Source: Alphaproteobacteria bacterium (GTDB lineage Bacteria; Pseudomonadota; Alphaproteobacteria; Bin95). Taken from it: a DNA stretch of 64,000 nucleotides. Position numbers and translations under genes: made by a program. The stretch is taken from the NCBI GenBank assembly GCA_963665325.3, contig OZ224045.1:1760001-1824000 (forward strand). The letters are read 5' to 3'. Below the pieces are notes generated by a model. The model was not told the DNA's origin, did not search any database, and was given only the letters and a program-made list of their open reading frames with translations. Each line of letters begins with the position of its first letter. Positions within the stretch are counted from its first letter, which is position 1. Below are positions 59,295-64,000 of the stretch, piece after piece.

Positions 59295-60404
59295 TCAGGA
59301 CAGGACGGAGATCGTCTTGGCACGGATGAGGTCGAAGTCGATGACGGCTCCGAGGCCGGGCGCTTCCGGCACATGGACCCGCCCGTCGCCGTCCACAACG
59401 ATTTCCTCGGCGAGCCCGTAGCGGTGGGCGCCGTCCGGCATCAGCACCTCGAACATCTCGGTGTTCGGGATCGAGCAGATCAGGTGCAGGTTGGCGACAT
59501 TGTTGAGCGAATTGCCGCCATGGTGGACCTCGTAGGACATGTGGAAGGCCTCGGCGAGGTGCGCGGTCTTGAGGCAGGCGGTAAGTCCGCCCTTCACGGC
59601 CACGTCGCCGCGCAGATAGTCGGTCGCCTGCAAGAGCAGCCAGGGCGCATAGGCCTGGAAGCCGCCGGGACTGTATTCCGTCGCGAGTATGGGAATGTCG
59701 AGCTTCTGGCGCAGCTTGATGTAGTTGGTGATGTCGTCGTCGGCGAGCGGGTCCTCGTACCAGTGGAAACCGAGCCGCTCCGCCGCCCGGCCGACGCGCA
59801 GCGCCGCCGGGTAGTCGTAGGACCAGGTGCTGTCGAGCATGATGCGGTAGTCGTCGCCGACCGCCTTGCGCACCGCCTCGCAGACGCGGATATCCTCGTC
59901 CGGGTCGGTCGGCGGGTGGATCTTGTAGGCCTTCCAGTTCGCGTCGCGGAAAGAGACCGCCTCCGCGGCATAGGCCTCGGGCGAGCCGAGCACGGCGGAG
60001 CTGGCATAGGCGGGCGCGCTCGTCCGCGATGTGCCCATCAGACGGTGGATCGGCAGGCCGGCCGCCTTGCCGGCGATGTCCCAGAGCGCGATATCGACGG
60101 CGCCGATGGCCCGCCAGGTGGTGTTGCGGTTGCGCGCGTTCAGCCCGGCATAAAGCCTCTCCCGGTCGAGCGGGTTCTCGCCCATCACCTGCGGCTTGAG
60201 GAAGCGGATGAGCGACTCCGCGTCGCTTGCCGCACCCCGGCTGGCGGAGCCGAGGAAGGCATGGCCCTCCACGCCGTCATCGGTGCGCAGCGTCAGCAGG
60301 CCGAGCTCGCTACGGCCCGCAAAGCGCCCCGTATGCTTGCCGTAGGAGGTCGCAGGGATGTCGTCCCAGGCGAAAAGAGTGAGGGTTACATCGTCGATCT
60401 TCAT
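59295..60404 (-). CDS. Mandelate racemase/muconate lactonizing enzyme family
   Basis: [18 protein letters not shown] and WYEDP enolase-superfamily motifs. Confidence 0.9.
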   Translation of the reverse strand: MKIDDVTLTLFAWDDIPATSYGKHTGRFAGRSELGLLTLRTDDGVEGHAFLGSASRGAASDAESLIRFLKPQVMGENPLDRERLYAGLNARNRNTTWRAIGAVDIALWDIAGKAAGLPIHRLMGTSRTSAPAYASSAVLGSPEAYAAEAVSFRDANWKAYKIHPPTDPDEDIRVCEAVRKAVGDDYRIMLDSTWSYDYPAALRVGRAAERLGFHWYEDPLADDDITNYIKLRQKLDIPILATEYSPGGFQAYAPWLLLQATDYLRGDVAVKGGLTACLKTAHLAEAFHMSYEVHHGGNSLNNVANLHLICSIPNTEMFEVLMPDGAHRYGLAEEIVVDGDGRVHVPEAPGLGAVIDFDLIRAKTISVLS

Positions 60405-60427
60405 GGGGCGGCGCGCCCTCCTGCCAT

Positions 60428-60456
60428 CTTGAACCGAAGCGCGAAGCGTCTCATAT
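60428..60456 (+). promoter_or_regulatory. RpoH-type heat-shock promoter
   Basis: CTTGAA-N16-CTCATAT upstream of htpG. Confidence 0.6.
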
Positions 60457-60493
60457 GCCGGGCCGGGACGGAACAGCCGTAAGGGGGAATGGA

Positions 60494-60928
60494 ATGAGCG
60501 AAGAGCGCCGGGCGTTTCAGGCGGAGGTCGGGCGCATCCTCGACCTCATGGTGCACTCGGTCTATTCGGACAAGGAAATCTTCCTGCGGGAGCTGATTTC
60601 CAATGCGGCGGATGCCTGCGACCGGCTGCGCTACCGCGCCATCGCCGAGCCGGACCTGCTGGACGGCGATGGCGAGTTCGGCATTCGCATTGAGGTGGAC
60701 AAGGAAGCCCGGACCATCGCTGTCGTCGACAATGGCGAGGGCATGGGGCGCGAGGAGCTGGTCGAAAACCTTGGCACCATCGCGCGCTCCGGCACGGCCG
60801 CGTTCGCCGAAAGGCTGACCGGCGATGCAAAGAACGATGTCGCGCTGATCGGGCAGTTCGGCGTCGGCTTCTACTCCGCCTTCATGGTGGCCGAACGGGT
60901 GCGCGTCGTCTCCCGCGCCGCCGGGTGA
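60494..60928 (+). pseudogene. htpG: Hsp90 chaperone HtpG, truncated after ~144 codons
   Basis: [30 protein letters not shown] and [12 protein letters not shown]; stop codon supplied by foreign sequence at 60926. Confidence 0.92.
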
Positions 60929-61171
60929 GTGTGCTCTCGGTATCTGATGGCGGGATGGTCACGTTGTTCGATGGTTTTCAGGCGTCGGGCCGGGCGTGAC
61001 GGCGGGGGTGTCGGACGGCCGTCGGCGCGTCAAGCCGCTTCGCGGCTCCTGCGCTGCGCTCCGGCCCTTCGGGTGACCCGCCGCCGTCCCTCCGACGGAG
61101 TGCATCCATGGCCGTAAGCAAGCTTCCGGCCACGGGCCGGCCGCTTTACGCAGTGTGACAATGGGAGCGGT

Positions 61172-61232
61172 GTTACCCGTTACCGTTACCCTCTCTCCCT
61201 AGGGGTTCGAGGCGGTAACGGTTTTCGGTAAC
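61172..61232. repeat. Converging GTTACC x3 / GGTAAC x2 repeats around CCCTAGGG
   Basis: GTTACC at 61172, 61179, 61185; GGTAAC at 61214, 61227. Confidence 0.8.
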
Positions 61233-62197
61233 GTGTCCCTGCGGTCGTTGCCGTTGAGGGCGGCGAGGCGGTATCCGCCTTCGGATGCGCGCTCGACGCG
61301 TCCTTCGCGGACGAGCCTGTGCAGCGCCTCGGCGACGGTTGCGGGCCGGGTTGCCGCGCGCTCGCGGATCCGGCGCTGGGAGAGCGGCGCGTCGGCGTCG
61401 GCGAGGGCCTGCAGGATGCGCCGTTCGGGGGTATCCGGCTCCGGCGCCTGGTCTTCCGGCGTCTCGCGCAACCGCAGGGCGGGGCGCTCGTCGTCGTCGG
61501 CGAGTTCGATCTCGAGGTCTTCGAGGCCAGGGGCGTCGCGATGCTCGACGGTCATGAGGATCTGGCGGTCTCGCCGGCGCAGGTACAGATTCGAATCGCC
61601 CCAGGCGTGAAGTTCGCTGCTGCCGCGCAGCGCCTGCCCGGGCCGGGAGCCGCCGCTCTTTCGTGCGTGATGGACGAGGAGGACGGCGGTTTCGAAGCGG
61701 CGCTGTATGTCGCGCAGGAAGCCCAGCATGGGGGCGACCTCGGCGACGGTATTTTCGTCGACGCCGTGCAGGCGCACGAGGGGGTCGAGGACGACGAGGC
61801 GGGGTGAGACGCGCTCCACCGTCTCGACCAGGCGCTGGCGATCGGCGCGATGGTCGAGACGCAGCGTGGGCACGTCGATGACGGCGATGTCGAGGGTCTC
61901 GAACGCGGTGCCTGCCGCCTTTGCGATGCCCTGGAGGCGTGCGCGCACGATATGGCCGGCGTCCTCGGCGGCGAACAGCAGCACGGGGCCGCTTGCGGCG
62001 GGACGGAAGTGGCGCAGGCAGGGGACGCCGGCGGCGACCGCGACGGCGATGTCGAGTGCGAGGAAGGATTTGCCGCACTTGGGCTCGCCGCCGACGATGC
62101 CGACGCCCTGCTCGGACCACAACGCCTCGACCATCCAGCGGCGCGCCTGGGGGCGCTCTTCGAGCTCCGCCGGCGCCCGTGTCGGGAAGCCCTTCAC
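61199..62197 (-). CDS. AAA_25 / RepA-like RecA-fold ATPase with C-terminal HTH
   Basis: GGEPKCGKS, FAAED, VVLDP, VHHARK and LRGSS motifs; GTG overlaps the upstream stop. Confidence 0.85.
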   Translation of the reverse strand: MKGFPTRAPAELEERPQARRWMVEALWSEQGVGIVGGEPKCGKSFLALDIAVAVAAGVPCLRHFRPAASGPVLLFAAEDAGHIVRARLQGIAKAAGTAFETLDIAVIDVPTLRLDHRADRQRLVETVERVSPRLVVLDPLVRLHGVDENTVAEVAPMLGFLRDIQRRFETAVLLVHHARKSGGSRPGQALRGSSELHAWGDSNLYLRRRDRQILMTVEHRDAPGLEDLEIELADDDERPALRLRETPEDQAPEPDTPERRILQALADADAPLSQRRIRERAATRPATVAEALHRLVREGRVERASEGGYRLAALNGNDRRDTLPKTVTASNP

Positions 62198-63027
62198 CGC
62201 CGCGCCCTCCTCGGCTTGGCGGGTTCGCCCAGGGTCTCGATGAAGAGCTTCTCGTCGAGGACCTCGCGCTCCTTCTCGGCGGCGGCGGCGAGCAGGGCGT
62301 CGGCCATGACGGTGAGCGCCCGCGGGTTGCCGTCGGCATGGGCGACCAGGGTGTCCTTGAGGCCCGCGGTCATGAGGCCGGGATTGCCGGCCTGCTCGAT
62401 CAGATGGTCGAGCAGGGCCGCGAGGTCGCCGGCCTCGGCCTTGGTCATGACCAGGCGCTGGCGGATGCGCGAGGCGATGGGCTGCAGATCGGGCTGGCGG
62501 AGCTTGTCGAGCAGGCGCGTGTCGCCGGCGAGGACGACCGAGAGGATGGCGCGCGAGTCGAAGTCGGTCGAAGCCAGCAGGCGGATCTCGGAGAACACCG
62601 AGGGCAGCAGCTCCTGGGCCTCGTCGACGAGCACGACGGGGCGCATGCGGGTATCGTCGACATGGGCGAGCCAGCGCTCGCGCAGGCTTTTGAAGCTGGC
62701 CCAGCGGTTGTTGTACATCAGGTCGACGCCGAACATCTCGCCGATCTCGCGGTAGAAGTCGGACAGCCGGGAGGAGGGATGGGTGATGGCGGCGATGCTG
62801 AGCCCCTCGCAGCGGCCGAGACGGTCGGCGAGCAGGCGCAACGCCACACTCTTTCCGGCGCCGGGCTCGCCGGCGATCAAGGCGAAGCCGCCCTGGCGCA
62901 CCAGGTGGCGCTCGATCCTGAGGCAGAAGCTGTCGACGGCAGGCGTCGCCATGAGACTGTCGACCGGCAGGTCGGTGGCGAAGGGGTTCCACTTGAGCCC
63001 GTAGAAGGTGAGCAGTTCCCGGTTCAT
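62194..63027 (-). CDS. ExeA/GspA-family AAA ATPase (transposition helper)
   Basis: YGLKWNPF, GEPGAGKS, LVDEAQ and GNPR motifs. Confidence 0.9.
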   Translation of the reverse strand: MNRELLTFYGLKWNPFATDLPVDSLMATPAVDSFCLRIERHLVRQGGFALIAGEPGAGKSVALRLLADRLGRCEGLSIAAITHPSSRLSDFYREIGEMFGVDLMYNNRWASFKSLRERWLAHVDDTRMRPVVLVDEAQELLPSVFSEIRLLASTDFDSRAILSVVLAGDTRLLDKLRQPDLQPIASRIRQRLVMTKAEAGDLAALLDHLIEQAGNPGLMTAGLKDTLVAHADGNPRALTVMADALLAAAAEKEREVLDEKLFIETLGEPAKPRRARR

Positions 63028-64000
63028 GGCGCATCTCCCCGATCTTCGTCCTCGCCCGGACCGGGCGTCTTGTCATGGGGCAGCCAGGCCGGCGGCAGGC
63101 CGGTTGCGGCCTGGGCGTCGAGCATGCCCTTGAGCAGCGGCGGAAGTTCCCCCGTCCCCGCGCCGCCATTGCCATCGTTGCCGCCGGGGCCGGCGGGACG
63201 GCGCACGCCATCGGCGTTGCCGCGCTTGTCGAGGGGGTACAGCGTGCACAGGCGCTCGCCGCCTCGACCGTCGATCAGATCGACGCTGGCGAGGTTCCAG
63301 CGCGCGTAACGGATCCAGGCCTCGCGCAGGTGGCGCCACGGCTGTGGCACCTGGTAGCGGATGCCCTCGACCGAGACGGTGCCGTCCGAGCGCCTGAGCG
63401 TGCGCTTCCTGGTGATGCGGAAGGCCGCCTTGAGCTCGGCCGAGCCGGGGCAGGATCTCGACGCGTCGACGCTCCCGGCCAGGCGTTGATGCGGCGTCAT
63501 GCCGAGCTCGCGGTGCTTGCGGCGGTGATAGTCCTGCTCCAGCCAGGCGATGGTGGCGTCGTTGAGCATCTTCAAGGTAAGCGCGTCGACGCCTTCGAGC
63601 TGAGCCATCAGGCGCGATTCGACCGTGCCCCAGAACGACTCGATCTTGCCGTTCTGATGGGGGCTGTAAGCGAGCGTCGTGACCCCCGCGATGCCGAGCC
63701 GGTGCAACCCCTCCTCGACCTCGCCCGCGGTCATCGCCGCGCCGTTGTCGGTCAGCAGGGACCTCGGCAGACCGCGCTTCATGAAGGCCTGGCAAAGGCC
63801 GTGGACGAACACCTCGGCGGTCTCGGCGAGGTACCACTGAAGGTGGCAGCCGAGGCGCGAGTGGTCGTCGAGGAAGCCGAGCAGGATCGGCGTCTTCCAC
63901 TCGCCCGAGGCGGTCAGCACGCGACGCTTGGCGCTGTGCATGTCGGCGTGCCACAGGGCGTGAGAGCGCGAGACCTCGTAGCTCAATACCTCGCGGGCTT
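63024..64000 (-). CDS. DDE integrase/transposase (rve + Mu-like C-terminus), 5' partial
   Basis: WHAD, TDNG and GKIE catalytic triad; frame stays open to the window edge. Confidence 0.92.
   Translation of the reverse strand, partial: AREVLSYEVSRSHALWHADMHSAKRRVLTASGEWKTPILLGFLDDHSRLGCHLQWYLAETAEVFVHGLCQAFMKRGLPRSLLTDNGAAMTAGEVEEGLHRLGIAGVTTLAYSPHQNGKIESFWGTVESRLMAQLEGVDALTLKMLNDATIAWLEQDYHRRKHRELGMTPHQRLAGSVDASRSCPGSAELKAAFRITRKRTLRRSDGTVSVEGIRYQVPQPWRHLREAWIRYARWNLASVDLIDGRGGERLCTLYPLDKRGNADGVRRPAGPGGNDGNGGAGTGELPPLLKGMLDAQAATGLPPAWLPHDKTPGPGEDEDRGDAP

Larger units (their letters stand above)
60926..64000 (-). mobile_element. DDE transposase + ExeA-type ATPase + AAA_25 element (partial)
   Basis: End begins TG exactly where htpG homology stops; three coupled genes. 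Confidence 0.8.

Overview
High-GC alphaproteobacterial chromosome segment. It looks Rhodospirillales-like, and the accessory content resembles marine-sponge symbionts; both points are inference. The backbone is ordinary: aspS, rnd, ppx, ppk1, a serine protease, ccmDEFGHI, sulP, HU, a GcvT-family dehydrogenase, paaABCDE, vapBC, an ABC transporter, a 5'-nucleotidase, rsmE, gshA, an amidase, pncA, tRNA-Glu, hydantoinase A/B, GST, arsR/arsP and catabolic enzymes. Two accessory regions stand out. (1) 26961-38176 is an ~11.2-kb candidate integrative element bounded by a 12-bp direct repeat (ACACCGGGCAGC). It carries two tandem intact Arm-type tyrosine integrases and decayed cargo. It also has two diverged ~1.59-kb inverted arms, each encoding three paralogous MobC/RHH-like proteins. 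Between the arms lie a membrane-anchored integrase-Arm-domain protein, an array of three coiled-coil/TM micro-proteins, a tyrosine recombinase missing catalytic residues and a solo IS21-type end. It sits just upstream of an inverse-autotransporter/lipoprotein pair. (2) 60926-64000+ is a DDE transposase + ExeA-type ATPase + AAA_25 (RepA-like) element with origin-like GTTACC repeats that truncates htpG. All calls were made by eye from the sequence and the ORF track; no searches were run.
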